64,000 bases of DNA from NCBI GenBank assembly GCA_027604505.1, contig JADIIX010000016.1, positions 62,001 to 126,000 of the forward strand, given 5' to 3'. This DNA comes from Gonapodya sp. JEL0774 (taxonomy: Eukaryota). Within the stretch, counting starts at the first letter, position 1; each line of letters begins with the position of its first letter. Below are positions 11,953-24,815 of this stretch, one piece after another. Under the pieces are notes generated by a model. That model saw nothing but the letters and a program-made list of their open reading frames with translations, was not told the DNA's origin and searched no databases. Position numbers and translations under genes: made by a program.

Positions 11953-12634
11953 TGCCTCTTGAATACCTTGCAAGATCTATGTTCTGTTCCCCATTGCACA
12001 TGCATCGTACGTAAATTATAACGTTTGTAGAAATACACAATTTTTATGTAAAATTTATTTGCGTAACTTGTTGGTGCCACCCACTTTTTTTTTGCACGGC
12101 GCGGTGGCAAGTTCTACGAATTAATGAACACGAATCATTATTAGAGACAGATATACTACGAGAAGTATTTAGCTTGTCAATAGTAATCTATAAGCAACTT
12201 TGAGACGGGTATGCTTTCCCGTTAACTGGACGGCGGCAGTTCCCGGTCCTCCGGTCTTCCAGCATATGGAGATATGAGAGGTGAATGAACGGAGCCATCG
12301 AGAGTTTGAAGGATCATATGCAAGTGAAAACATGTGATAGAGATACGACGAGGGGTTAGAGGTGTCATTTGAGAGTAAAAATGGACGTTATGTCAATGAA
12401 TCGGTCAATTGGTGTTTGATGACCCAGTACGTAAGAGCGGGATAAAAAGCGCGATAAGGAGCGTAGACGCAGTGCGTAATAGCATTGAGTAACGGGCACA
12501 TTTAAACTGCAATTGAGATGATCACGTGACAGTGTCAACACCAAAGAAGCCGTCAAAAACGATTTTCCTTGCACTTGTCCACTGGCGCATAACAGTAAGG
12601 GTGCCCCACAGCCACAGCAGAAGAACTAGGTCTG

Positions 12635-14923
12635 ATGGAACACATAACACCGCGACAGGATGGCATTCCACTGGGATCATACAAGGAAATTCTCGAAAGG
12701 TCGGATGTCCCAAAAGACCACGGGTCTGATTCCAGGGTACGTCGGTCTGTGCGGTGGAAATGGGGTGAGTTCGCTGTCATGGCTGCAACCACTAAATGCG
12801 TAATCGAATTTGCCCATTCCGTGTCATTTTACAGCGATTGGTGGTGTTCTTGCTTTGGTTGTGGTCCTTGGAGTTGTTATTGGTGTCGTAGTCACGAGAT
12901 CCAAAAATGACTCTCCCAGTCAATCATCAGCTGCAATTTCCGGAGAACTGTCAACTCTTTCAGCTGTTGCGACTTCAAGAGTAACCACTGCATCTGCTTT
13001 CCTCATCACCACACAAATCACCACACAAACGACGCAAACCACTTCAACGAGAACCTCCACCACAACAACTCGAACTGTTCCAACACCAAGCACATCTCCC
13101 GCAGTACTGCCACCACCTGGCAAGTTTTGGTTTGGGGCTACAGTAAACAATAATACCGACATAACTGTTGGGCAGTGGAGCTTGGGTGGCCGAGGGGGTG
13201 TGAAACTGTACCTTGGGGTGAGATTCTGTTTCCGGCTTTGCGAACGAAGGTTACTCAGTTCCGTATCTTTAGCATGTCTACTTCTATCTCCAATCTTATA
13301 ACTTCACAACAGCCCCGCAGCTTGCTGATTACATGCTTGGATTTTTTGGTGGAATGCCGCTGCGTTCGGTTTTGATGTTCACTGTGCAGCCCACGAATGG
13401 GATTTCTCCAGAGGAAGCCCCAGATAATCAAATCCAAGCTCTCGCTGATGCTTGGCGAGAGCTTAACATACGCGGCTACCGGATCCTTGTTCGGACGGGA
13501 CACGAGATGAATGGTAGATTTCGATACCTGACATTGCACAAGTAATGGACATTTTCTGACCGCTGTCCCATTTTTTCAGGCGGATGGTATCCTTGGGGGC
13601 GTGTTCCATCGGCATTCCGTGTAGGCCCAAAGTTTTACTCATCTCACTCGATTAATCCTCTCATCTTGTTTCTCGCTGCGTCAGGCTTATTGGATTAGAT
13701 TTACAACAATTGTTCGCGCCACGGCCCCAATAACTTCTATGGTGTGGTCTCCGACGATTGGTGATACGGTATGTGCTTGCCACCCTTGACTTCGCTCTGG
13801 CTATCACACAAACATCAAATCTAAATCAAACAATTTTAGTATCCATTTGATCAACGCAAGGTGCCTGCAGTTGGTACTGATGATATGACCCTTCTTGACA
13901 CCAATAATAATGGTCAACTTGACGGTGGGGACGATCCGTATGCACCATTCTATCCCGGTGATGAATGGGTCGGTGCGTACACATGTCATACACTGCAAGA
14001 AAAGAGCTTTTAAAAGATCATCTATCCATCCGTCAAGACTGGGTTGGCGGAAGCGTCTACTGTAATGTTCTAAGTTGTTTGTGTTCCAACAGGATACCAA
14101 ATTAACCCGTTTTTCCCAATCTTCAGACTACGGCCCCACGTTTCCCTGTATGTACTGCCGGCCTCTTCTCACGAAGATTAACTAGTGTACCTAAATCGGG
14201 ACGAATCCCACAGATGTTGACAACTTCCTTCCCGCTGGTGACTGGCTTGATCGTATCATCACGGGGCGTGTTACATTGACTGGAGAACAACGAGGCCCTT
14301 CCTTCTACGATGTATACTGCGGTCAGAAGAACAAGCCCTTTGTGTATTCTGAGACCGCTGTCTTCCACTGGCCGAAGTGAGATTTACCGTTCATCGAATC
14401 AATATTCTTTCTTTGCGTGATTGATTTTCCGCTCATTTCAGCGGTCAAGGTGTTGGTGAACTAGAAGAAAAACAAACTTTCTGGTGAATGCCCCCTTGTC
14501 AGTGAACGTGGTCTTACTTTCTTTCTTACCTGCCCAACCATCCGTAATCGAGGCGACTGATGCTAAATCGTACAGCTGTCGCACGATTCCCCATGATCCG
14601 CGCTGTCGGGTGGTTTGAGGTGGGTAAGAGGTGCCTCAACATTTCCCAATGCTCTGGATTTGAATCTGACCTTTCTCGTTACTTCACTTATTCTTTAGGT
14701 TGCAAAGATTGAAGAAGCTTGGCAAAATCAATTTGTAGATTTTACCATCGGAAGCAAGTACCCTTACTTATTTGGCAAATTCATTTGAACCAACGATGTA
14801 CCAACTGCGCCTCTTCGCTCCCTCTAAGATAACCCCGATGTCCTAAACGCCTTTTTGAGTGATGTAATGCCTCCAGGCAACACAGCAGCGGGCATCGACC
14901 CTGCAATGTTCCAATGGGGTTGA
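12635..14923 (+). CDS. GH26-like glycoside hydrolase, membrane anchored (paralog 2, tandem duplicate)
   Basis: Same architecture as paralog 1: TM helix AIGGVLALVVVLGVVIGVVV, Thr-rich linker, TPSTSPAVLPP.GKFW, RTGHEMN|GGWYPWG, FYPGDEWV|DWVGGS, KPFVYSETA. Ends ...MFQWG* at 14923. Confidence 0.82.
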
Positions 14924-15388
14924 CGCCCGGTACCCCACTTGCACTTTGCGATTCATGGTTATCACAACATTATTCATAGAGACTTGAAGGACATTATCGA
15001 CATATGAGCTCTGACCTCGTGGCTGAAATTACCTCGGATCTGTGGTCATCAGATCAATGGTCCTTGCAGGTGGTCTTTGACGGGCATGTGTGGTAAAACA
15101 ATTCTCTTGTCATTATGCAATGCAACGCTACACCCTGTAATTCCATGACTTAAACTCTCGCAAAAAGTACTTGTGCATTGCCGAAATATACGACATTGAT
15201 AAAGAAGAACAAGAATGTGTTGTCACTTCCATCCAGCACCTCGTCCCATGACTGCCGCATTGCGAATATATGAAAGTGTGTTCCCATACTCGAAAGCTTA
15301 ACGTTCGATCAACACTATGTCAAAGGCACTCCGCAGGATGATAATACGAATCGGCAACACCGTCAATCCCCATGTCAATTGGGAAAAT

Positions 15389-18300
15389 TCATGCGAAACT
15401 CCCAACCATTCCCATTCCCGAATCAGCAGTCGAAATACTAGCCAGTCCGCTGTCCGCCCGGTATGTTACATAATCACCACTTCCGTCTCCGCCCAAGTCC
15501 CGCTCCCACGTCTCAACGAGTTGCCTGAATTCGTGGACCTTTGCACGAGCCAGATTGGGATCGATGGCCATTCCGGCAAGCTCTGTGACCAGAGCAAGAG
15601 ATCGTTGCTTGACATGTGAAAGGACAGAGCGATACGTGTTCAAGGAAGCGTTCAATTGGTCCAACTTGACGAGAGTATCATGTAAGAAAGCTGCAAGCCA
15701 CTCAAAAAAAAAACTTTTGAGACAAAATACTCACATCTTTCCCACCTCCATCCACACCGCACGCACTAGACTCCCGGACCTTCCTTTTCTTAGCCCACAC
15801 GCCTTCCTCTTCCACTTTCACCGCCAGTTCCTCTAATACACTGACCACTGGTGATTCCCTTCTTCCATGGGTCGAACTTGTTGTCGAAGATACCGGAGCT
15901 TCTCCAAACAATCCTGACTGTCCCATCACCCGGCTCAGGTGCGCATACCCATCCGCGGGTGCCGTGCCCCCTCCTGTGGCTGGTGTCCCCACTCTCGCAG
16001 GGGCACACGCAAGCCTCGGGCTAGCAACACTAACCGGGCTCTTGCTAGCCGCCCTGCTCGTCACCACATCATGGCTCCCAGAGTAAGGGGAGATACTCAT
16101 GTCCCCTCCTGTGGCGCCAGACGGAGATGCCAGTTCTCTCAGATTGGATCCAGCAGTGCCGGCACGCGGTCTAGGCGGAACAGGTTCCGTGGGGTACGGA
16201 CTTGGATGCCTCCTCAGGGTCGTGAGAACAGATGCGGCCGACGATAGATCGTCGAAATGGTGCCCATGCGGATGTGCAATCGCACGAACATGAGAAGGCG
16301 CAGGAGATTCCGCCCCACTCGAGGGCATGGCAGAAATCTCCAGTCGCTGTACAGGAGACATCGAAATATTCTCCTTGTCCCCCATAATCAAGTCTTCATT
16401 GGGAGAAGCGGCATGCGGCCTGTCATCTGGAAAGAAGCCTGAGAACCCACGGACCACGCCCGCAAATTCTAAACCAGCACTCTCGTCGTCGGGATGGGAC
16501 CGCATGGGAGGCGGTGTTAGAGGGGTGTAGTTCGATCCACCGGCCACACTGTTCAATCTTCTCTCCGCCTTTTCACGCTCTCTCTCGCACCTCTCCGCAA
16601 ATCCTAAGGAAATTTCCGAAACACGAGAGCCGACGCTGTGCTCCGATGCACTGTCGACGTCCTCCAAGTCCGATTCATTTTCTTTGTCACTTTCCCCATA
16701 TTCTCGTTCCCGCACAAATGAAGAAGACGCAGCATTTTGTGTGCTATCTTCACCTCGATCTTGGGTCGAGGAGTCCATAAAGTACGGGGCGTTGATGTGA
16801 GGGTACGTGCTTTCATCAACAGCTGTGTCCATACCCTCCTCACCAACCCCAGCTTCATCTCCACTTGCCGATTGCTCATTTCTTCTACTGCGCTCCTTTC
16901 TATCAGGCCAATTTGCATGCACCTTTGCTCCGGCCCTCTGAACGTCCTTTTCCACTTCCACACCCACCCTCTCTTCATCATCTTCATCTTCATCTCTACC
17001 TTGCTTTGCAATAGCTGCAGCAGCTTTCCTGGCTGACGACCTTCGCGAACCTGACGACTGCACAGGCGACGACCCACCGGCTGAGGTCAGAGAAGATACG
17101 GAACCACCTTTGATCTTGCTTTTGCCCCTTCCACCACCCACCGCAGCACCTCGACCACGCTTCTTCCCACTTGCCGCCATGGTGGCACCGAAAGTCCCAC
17201 TCCTTCTCCCTCCGCTACCGCTCACATCGGTGGCTCCGCCTCGTTTCCTTTTCTTTCCAGTAACCGAGCCTGTTCCGTAGCTAGCATCCGCTGAGTCATC
17301 GGAGTCCAGTTCAAGTGTACCCACACCCGATCGCCCTCCCGCAGCTGCAGCAGCCGCTGCAACAATGTCTACCAATCTTGCAGGCCTTCCCCTCGTCCCA
17401 CCGGCAGTCCCGACCATGCCTGCGGCGACACCACTATCACCTTCCTCTCCCCTCTCCTCAAAACCTGCTAGAGATCCACCTGAAATTGGGGTGCCGCCCA
17501 TACCACCACCCTCAAAGAACTCATCATCATCCTCGCCCATGCCATCATCTTCCCCTGCCGCCGCTGCAGCTTCTGCATCAAGCATGCCCTGCAACAGCAG
17601 TCCATTGGCTGACATCATTGCCATTGCAGTGGAGTGAGGCATGCTCGTGTTGCTGCCAGAAGGGCCGTCTGCAGAATCAGGCCCGTTTCCTGGAAGCGCG
17701 GCAAGCGCACCTGTCAGGCTCGCTAAACCGGCGAAGTTGGCCAAACCACCTAGTTGACCCGCTAGATGCGATAGATTGAAACCACCGGCTGCTCCCAGGG
17801 ACCCCGCCATCGCCGCAAACTGTTGTGGGTCCACGCCAGATGCCGCAAGCATCTTTTCAAGTTGAGAGAGCCGTTGCTCAAGCGAAGCACGGTATGCTGC
17901 CCGGGACTTGACCGCAGGGGTGCGAGTGTAGTCACATTTCCGGGAGTGCCGTCGACAGTGGAGGCAAGGACGTTGACCATCACATTTCTTTTTGTCCCGA
18001 TGGCAACTTAAGAGATAATTAGAGAGCGTGTTTGGCAGATATTGATTAATTGGTTTGCGGGAACCAAAAAAAAAAAAGGAAGGTCATTACTGCTCGGGAC
18101 GAGGGGGCCGACAAAGCCGACGATGTGACAAGCTCAGTCCGCCTACAGCGGAGGACATAAAAATCCGGTACACAACTGGTTGTGTGTATGGAAGAAGTCT
18201 GAACGAGCCCTTACCCGCTGAGCCACCGAATGATACCCCATGATGTACCATTCCCTCCCATCCAAAGAGAGTGACCCATGTGCTACAAGCCTGTCAGCTT

Positions 18301-18969
18301 ACCGCATGCATTTACTCACCGATCACAGGCTCTGTTAATCCTCATACTTTTCTTTCCGCCATTGGCACCAGCGAGAGACGAAGATTTTGCAGGCCCGCTT
18401 TGCCGGCCCGTAATCCCACCAGACGAGGTGACAAGGCCCGAAAAGCGTTCAACGGAATTTGCTAGGTCTTCCGTGGATGCGACGGATGAGAAGGAGGAGT
18501 GATTGTGTGAGAGTATGGAAGTGAGGTTTGGATAAGGAGGGGGAGTAGAAGATTGGGGTGGGGGTGTTGCGGGGGATGTGCCAGTTGAGCTCCATCCACC
18601 GCCTCGGCCAATTATTGCAGAAGCTGATGAAGGCCGGGTGGTTGTAATTGACGCTGGTGACGAAGCGCTCAGGATGAATGACGTTGATGGAGCCGGAGAC
18701 GAGGAATGTGCACGAAGTGAAGAAGGATTTGGGTTGTGAAGTTTGCGGAGTGGAGGATGTGGTGGTCTCAGTGTATGAGGGGGTGGACGCATGGAGGATG
18801 GAGGTTCTGGAGGTGGAGACGGTGAGAGGTTGGGAACATGGGACTGGGAAACAGGAGCGAAGGGAGCGGGAGCAGAAGAGGTGGTAGGTTGCGGAGCACG
18901 GGATGCTGGGGAGTTCGGGGAGAGTGGAGAAGGGGAGAGCTGCCGGACCGTACTTGGCATATTCGACAC
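15389..18969 (-). CDS. Zn(II)2Cys6 (Gal4-type) transcription factor; 3' end uncertain
   Basis: Exon 18969-18320 spliced (intron 18319-18007) to exon 18006-15735 gives RINRACDRCHRDKKKCDGQRPCLHCRRHSRKCDY, then the dimerisation coil RASLEQRLSQLEKML. A GT donor at 15734 suggests a last exon toward 15389, but the acceptor and phase are ambiguous. Confidence 0.8.
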
Positions 18970-20808
18970 AGGGATGACCGGGAAAAGGAACAGTGGTGCA
19001 AGAAGAAGGGAGCGAGTACACCACTAGAAATGATTTCTATTCAAATAATGGTTCAGAACCAAAATTAGTTGAATAGGTGGAGAGTCAAAAAAGCTCGTAA
19101 TAGGAAGAGGCAGAAACACGGCGACATCACCCTCCTTTGCCCCTCTTCCCTGTACTTTCTGCACGATCTTTGGTCAAAATCTTTGCGTCGCGGCGAAGTC
19201 CAACTCCGTTTCCTTTCGAAGCTTGTACTCTGATAAGCTCCCACACAATATGCCGCACTGTAATCAATCGTTCGTAAGGCCAACGACGCCTCAAGCACAC
19301 CTTGCTCACAGCGCTCTGCTTTGCGAGTTTCCTGTTTGTCCTCTTCGTCTCCTTGTTCGTCCGTCCATCTATCGTTCTGAGGGCTGCAATTCTCGGGCGT
19401 CGGCGTCGTATGGGCCGCTGCCCGACCAAATCTCTCGACTCCTATGAAGCTCACCTTATCCCAATACACCTGGAGAGTTATCCGTTCCAAAAGTGATTCT
19501 GTACGCTGCTTGCCTGAGCTTGTGGTTATCTGCTTATTTGACCTGCGAGTCAATGAAGAAAGTTAGAACGATTTTTTCAAGAGCTCTGTGCCTGCGCCAC
19601 TTGTGGACTCTCCACCTGGCTTTAACGAACACCAAAATACAGCTAAGGACCGTACTCTGTAATCTCCGATACTTCTACAAAGGCAGCATTATCGGTGGGG
19701 TTAACGGCTGTGTTCTGACTATGGTGATGAACCCGGCTCTGGCAACACCGAGTCTGTAAGTTCGCTGCGATACCACCGCGCCGCCGGATCCAGGATAAGT
19801 CAATGATGTTGGTGTTTAGCACTTCCCTCACTTGGCAGACCAAGCAACGAATGTGATAATGTACTAGACACCAAGTATGTATCCTATTTGTCCCCAAATG
19901 TAAATACTCCCCAACAATGAATTGGATGTTATTTGTCGCGACATGAAGTCGTCGTGACAGGCTACCTTCCCATGATTGAGTCTGAAATACACTTATCCCT
20001 ACTGACGTTCTGGGTGCAATTCTGTTACAGTGACAGGCGTTCGCTCTTCCTACTAGTATGCTTGTTCTTGGCATCGCACTTCGGAAGCGATCAAATATCC
20101 TTGACTCGCTCCCTCCTGGTTGACGGAATCTAACTACTGCTGATTTGATCAACTGAGGCTGTACACTGGGGGGTGGATTCAACCCAGGTTGACTCGGTGA
20201 TGATGCAGCGGTAATGAACCTCCCTCAAGTTAGTCAACCTCTTTGACCAGCGTTCAACTGGCAGTTTACATATATATGTTGGTTCAACCGCGAGGCAGCG
20301 CGATCTAGCAATCTTGCTGTGGATTGCGGGGCGCACCATTTCACAGTGGACTCCAGTTGGATTGCTCTGCTGGTCGTGCTCGGCTGTTATGCAACAGGCT
20401 GGCCTCACGCAGGGGAGTAACTGCTTTGTAGCCACACGAGCACACGATTTTCAGCTTCGCGAGCACGGATCCTCATTCTCGATCGTCGCTGGTGAGGACC
20501 AATTGAAGGAGCTTGGGAAGGAGCTTGGACGATGAACCCAGGGTGGGTGCTGAATGTGATATCGGACTTTGACTTCGAATTTCCAAACTGGTCATAGATA
20601 TTGAGCGCGGTAATGCACTCTCAGCAGAATAAATCTGTTGTGGCCTGTGCCATGTCAGTGTCGATGATGTAGACAAGAGAATCCATCCTTTCATTGATTT
20701 CCATTAGGAGCTTATCTTTTATGTGGAGATCAATGTCGCTTGAAAATACCTCAATACCGATAAGAGTAGGATCGGCGACACACGCACCCATGACAAAGAG
20801 AGTTTTGT

Positions 20809-23800
20809 TTATGGATGACTAACAAACGATACATCACTCATTATTCCAGACACTGACAAGGACGACGTATCAGAATCATTCTCCTCTCCCTGAACTTGTC
20901 CATCTTCGGATGCAGGGACAAACGATGAGTGCATCAATCTTTGTTCACGGTCCAATCCGGGAACTCGCACGAAGCTGGAATATCCCATCCCTGATGATGA
21001 TATCCAAGAACTGCGGCCATCAGTGCTTGAAGTTAAATCATCTCGCTCCTGAATGCTTTGATCAGAGCCAGAGGATTCGATGTCCCCTAGTGCAGCTTTT
21101 AGACCCTCGAGCCGTTTCGTCAAAACTTCTATTTCTCGATTGAGACTTAGGCGCTTAGACAGACTTTCCTCTACCCGAAGTTGAGATTGAAGATCAGCAA
21201 TGGCCTGCTTCGTTTCGGTAATGGCCGTTTTGAATGACCGCAGAACAGATGGATCTGGCACCGAGGAATCAGACAGCGAGCGGCTTGACACACTCTCCGA
21301 TGATACTGGAAGGTCCTCTTTCTCCATCGGTGTCGCTGGTGGCTTCGTAGGGGAAGCCGTGAGAACTTCCGCGGCACGTGCAGTTCGGTGGTCGAACACC
21401 ACGGGGAACGGCCGTTTCCACTTCCACCACGTGGGTTCGCGCTTCCCTTCGTCATCTCCTTCGAATTGAGGTCCGTCACGGGTCTTCCTAGTGGTTATCC
21501 ACTGGCAAAAGTGCGAGTTACTCTGTTCAGAAATGCACTCCAACTTAAACAATCGAAGAGACTCCCACTCACCATACCCTCGTAGGAACCATTTAGGACA
21601 GGATCATCATCTAAGGATTTTGACCGTGCCCTTGTTTTGGCAGCTGCCCCTGAACGACGCCTTGTCCTTCTGTAATGGTGACGATCGAGCTGTTCCGAAG
21701 TCACATTCTCCTCGGGTCCCCTTTGGGTTCCCTCCTGGGATTTTCCAGTGCCAAATGCTCTCGTTCGTAGAAATTCTATCATCGCACGGAGTCCTACAGC
21801 TTCCACCACAACACTGTCCATCTGAGCACGGTGTGACATTGCTTCTCGTTCCGCAATTTCGACACGCCGCATCAATTGTTGACTATATTTCTGTAGTCGA
21901 GAGATCATCTCTTCTTTTTCTCGAAGAGCATCTACAGCGCGCGCCTCCGCAATTCCTCTTTCCGTCCTGACCGCTTCCAGCTGTCGTTGAGTTGATTCCA
22001 ACAGTTCACTCTTCTCGTCGACCATGATGGCCAAAGATTTGCGCTCTTCATCGAGAATAGTGTTGGACTGTTTGAGAGAGTCGACTGATTCGGTCAACTG
22101 TTCAACCTGTGTGATCGCTTGAGCTGCTTTGCGCATTTCCACATCGAGCTGCTCTTGGACATCTCGAATGTGATTGAGGCCGGAGAAGACTTTCTCCCGC
22201 AAATGCGCATTAGCAGCAAGTTCATCTTCAATGCGCTCCTCTTGAGTGCGCACGTGTTTTCGCAGCTTGGCAGTGACCTCTTGGAAGTGTTCCACATCAC
22301 GCTTGAGCTGAGCGTGGGCGGCTTCAGTTGCAGCGAAGTCAGCCTTTTGAGACTCTAGCTCGCCTTTAAACTTTGACAGCTGGTCTTGCAGTGCCACCTC
22401 TGTCTCCATCATCGTTGCGCGTGCAGACTCCGACCTCTCCAGCTCCCTTTGAGCATTGGTAAGTTTTCCCTCGATGAGCTTCTCCTTTTCACTCGTCGAT
22501 TCCATCTTCTGCTCTGCATCAATTCGTGCAACTTCTGCGTGCCTCGCTTGAGCTTGGAGCTCCACGAATCGCAATTCCCAGTCTCTGCGTTCTTCTTGGA
22601 GGCTTCTCTCTACCGCCTCGACGGCCCGCTTGGCATCTTCCAAGTCCCCTCGCGCAATCTCCAGCCATTCCACTTTACTCTGCAACTCGGCAGCACGGAG
22701 TGTTGCCCCATCCCGGTCAGCGACCGCCACACGTAACTTTTCCTCGAGTTCCCGTTTCTCCTTTCTCAAAGCGTCAAGCGCAGATTGCGACGCTAACACC
22801 TCGGATTCCAACGCCGAGAGACGTTCCGCTGCAGCTGCCGCCGCCCGTGAGAGATTGGCCAAGGCCGATTCGAACGATCCCGCTTCCGACGCAGACGCCA
22901 CAGAGTCCTGTTTGTTGACATTTGCAAGGCCGGCTGTACTCGAAGTTACCATCGGTAGTGATTCTGGCCCGGCAGGCCACAACGTTGAAACAAATGAATC
23001 AAACATGTTCGAGATCGGCGTTATGAAATTGTCATCTGCAGTTGTCTTGGAAGTGTTATCCAAAGCTGGGCCAGCCTGAACGAAGCCAGTACGAAGAGTC
23101 TTCCGTCAGACTCTTGAGACAATGAGTGCGATGTCTCTCACCTCCGGTTTCAACTCGCTCAGTCGCTCAAGGCCGCCAGCAGTTGAAATTGTATGTTCAC
23201 GCGAGTTCGGTTGGCTTGGACTGATTTCTTGAATCACTGCATTCAAAAAGCTCTCGGGCACCGCCAACATATCCGTTTCCATTGTTAGTGGTGCTGCGGA
23301 AGCATCTGTGGATGATTTTTCTGTTGTTTGAGGTTCGTGCACCGAGAGTTCATGCTCTGACTCTGACTTAAGGGCATCCAGGGGTTGGACGACTGGTACT
23401 GACGATATCTCGAATGCATTGTTCTCAAGAGGAAGGTTCAGCATCGACGAGTCTCCCAAATTTGTCAATGAGTCATGAATCTGATCGGCCATCGTGAGGG
23501 TTTCAGTGCAAGAGCGCAAGCTTTCCGCATGCTGGTTGGATGATACTTGTTCTGTGCGATCTGGAACCACGATATCGGATGAAGGTGGACGAAACTGAAA
23601 GACACAGTATAGTATGTATGTTGGGAAGTGTCAACGAAGCGACTTTGCAACACACGTTGCTTGCCTGATGAGTAGTTGCCGCGGGCTCGATAGTCTCAGC
23701 CTCCGATCGCGTTTCCTCTGGTGTTGCACGTTCAGACTCTTCGACTTCGATTTTACTGGTTGCCTTCCACGTCGCGAGCATGCCATACACTTCCCCGGCC

Positions 23801-24522
23801 TTTTCCCTCTCCTTAGGACCGACATGGGTATCAAAAGGCCGCTCCATTCCCAGCACGACTTCTTTGGCGAGATCCATTGGTGTTCTGCCCTTAGCATCAC
23901 GGGCGACAGGGTCCGCGCCCCTTTGGAGCAGGAGCGCGACAAGCGCTGGCTGTGAGTACAGGGTGGCAACGTGTAGTGCCGTTGAGTGAGCAAGGTTCCT
24001 TCGATTATCAGAGAGGTTGGGAAGGATGGACTTGTCATCATCATCTGCTGTTCGAATCGAAGGAACCTCTCGTTACCTGGCGTTCGGGTCAGCTCCGACA
24101 TCAAGGAGCGAACGGAGCATCTCCTCGTTTCCACGTTTTGCAGCGAGAAATAAAAAGTACTCAAAAGGCGTTGAGGGTATTCTGTTCTGTGCCGAAGGGT
24201 CCGATGACGTGCGCTCATGGACAGTGGATCTCCTGAAGCGCGGGTAGCTCCTAGAACCGTCCCGAATTTAAAAAAATCGATATCAATAAGCAATGATACG
24301 GGAGAAAATGTTGGAAAGATATAACCGAATGTAGGGGATTCCCATTGTGTGCGACATAGACACACACCTGCCCTCTCTGTCTTTGTCCCATTGCTGCAGC
24401 ATTCGCCACTTCCATGCGGCAGGGGTTTTCATCACGTGTGGATGTTTCTGGAGTGCACCAAGATAGGCGCCGTGCTTGCGGTAAGTTTCGACAACTCGCT
24501 TCCAGGTATTGTGTGACGACAT
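20809..24522 (-). CDS. Ankyrin-repeat plus long coiled-coil protein (multi-exon; could be two genes)
   Basis: Exons near 24.2-23.7 kb encode LFLAAKRGNEEMLRSLLDVGADPNAR and STALHVATLYSQPALVALLLQRGADPVARDAKGRTPMDLA (ankyrin consensus). Downstream ORFs 23570-23106, 23063-21495 (heptad-rich) and 21552-20809 are on the same strand with splice-like junctions. Confidence 0.65.
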
Positions 24523-24815
24523 TCTGGCAGGATAGGAATCGGCAGCTGTCAGCAACAAACTCTGGAGACTGCAACTCTGAGTGTGATGGCCAGTCGACTT
24601 TGAGTGTCTGATCTTTGTTTTTGGCGTCGAGTTGGAGCGAATCAGTCTGGCAAGTTCCGTGTGCTCTCGTGACCACACCCCTGCTTGATCGGTGGCTGCC
24701 TCCCGAAGTTTTATACCAATAGAGCTGTCATTATGTAACCGTACCAAATTCATTCCACAACCCCGTGAAACTGTTTCACCCAAGTCGCTCGTTTCCGTGG
24801 ATTTCGACTAGTCAG

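Noticed and set aside
15691..15734. 34-nt intron with a GAG acceptor to complete the Zn-cluster gene
   Set aside because: It is in frame but very short with a weak acceptor beside an A10 homopolymer. The CAG alternative gives an early stop. Cannot be resolved without cDNA.
19065..20694. Short ORFs between the Zn-cluster and ankyrin genes (e.g. 19643-20182)
   Set aside because: No motifs and no coherent splice model. Probably the long upstream region of the transcription factor.
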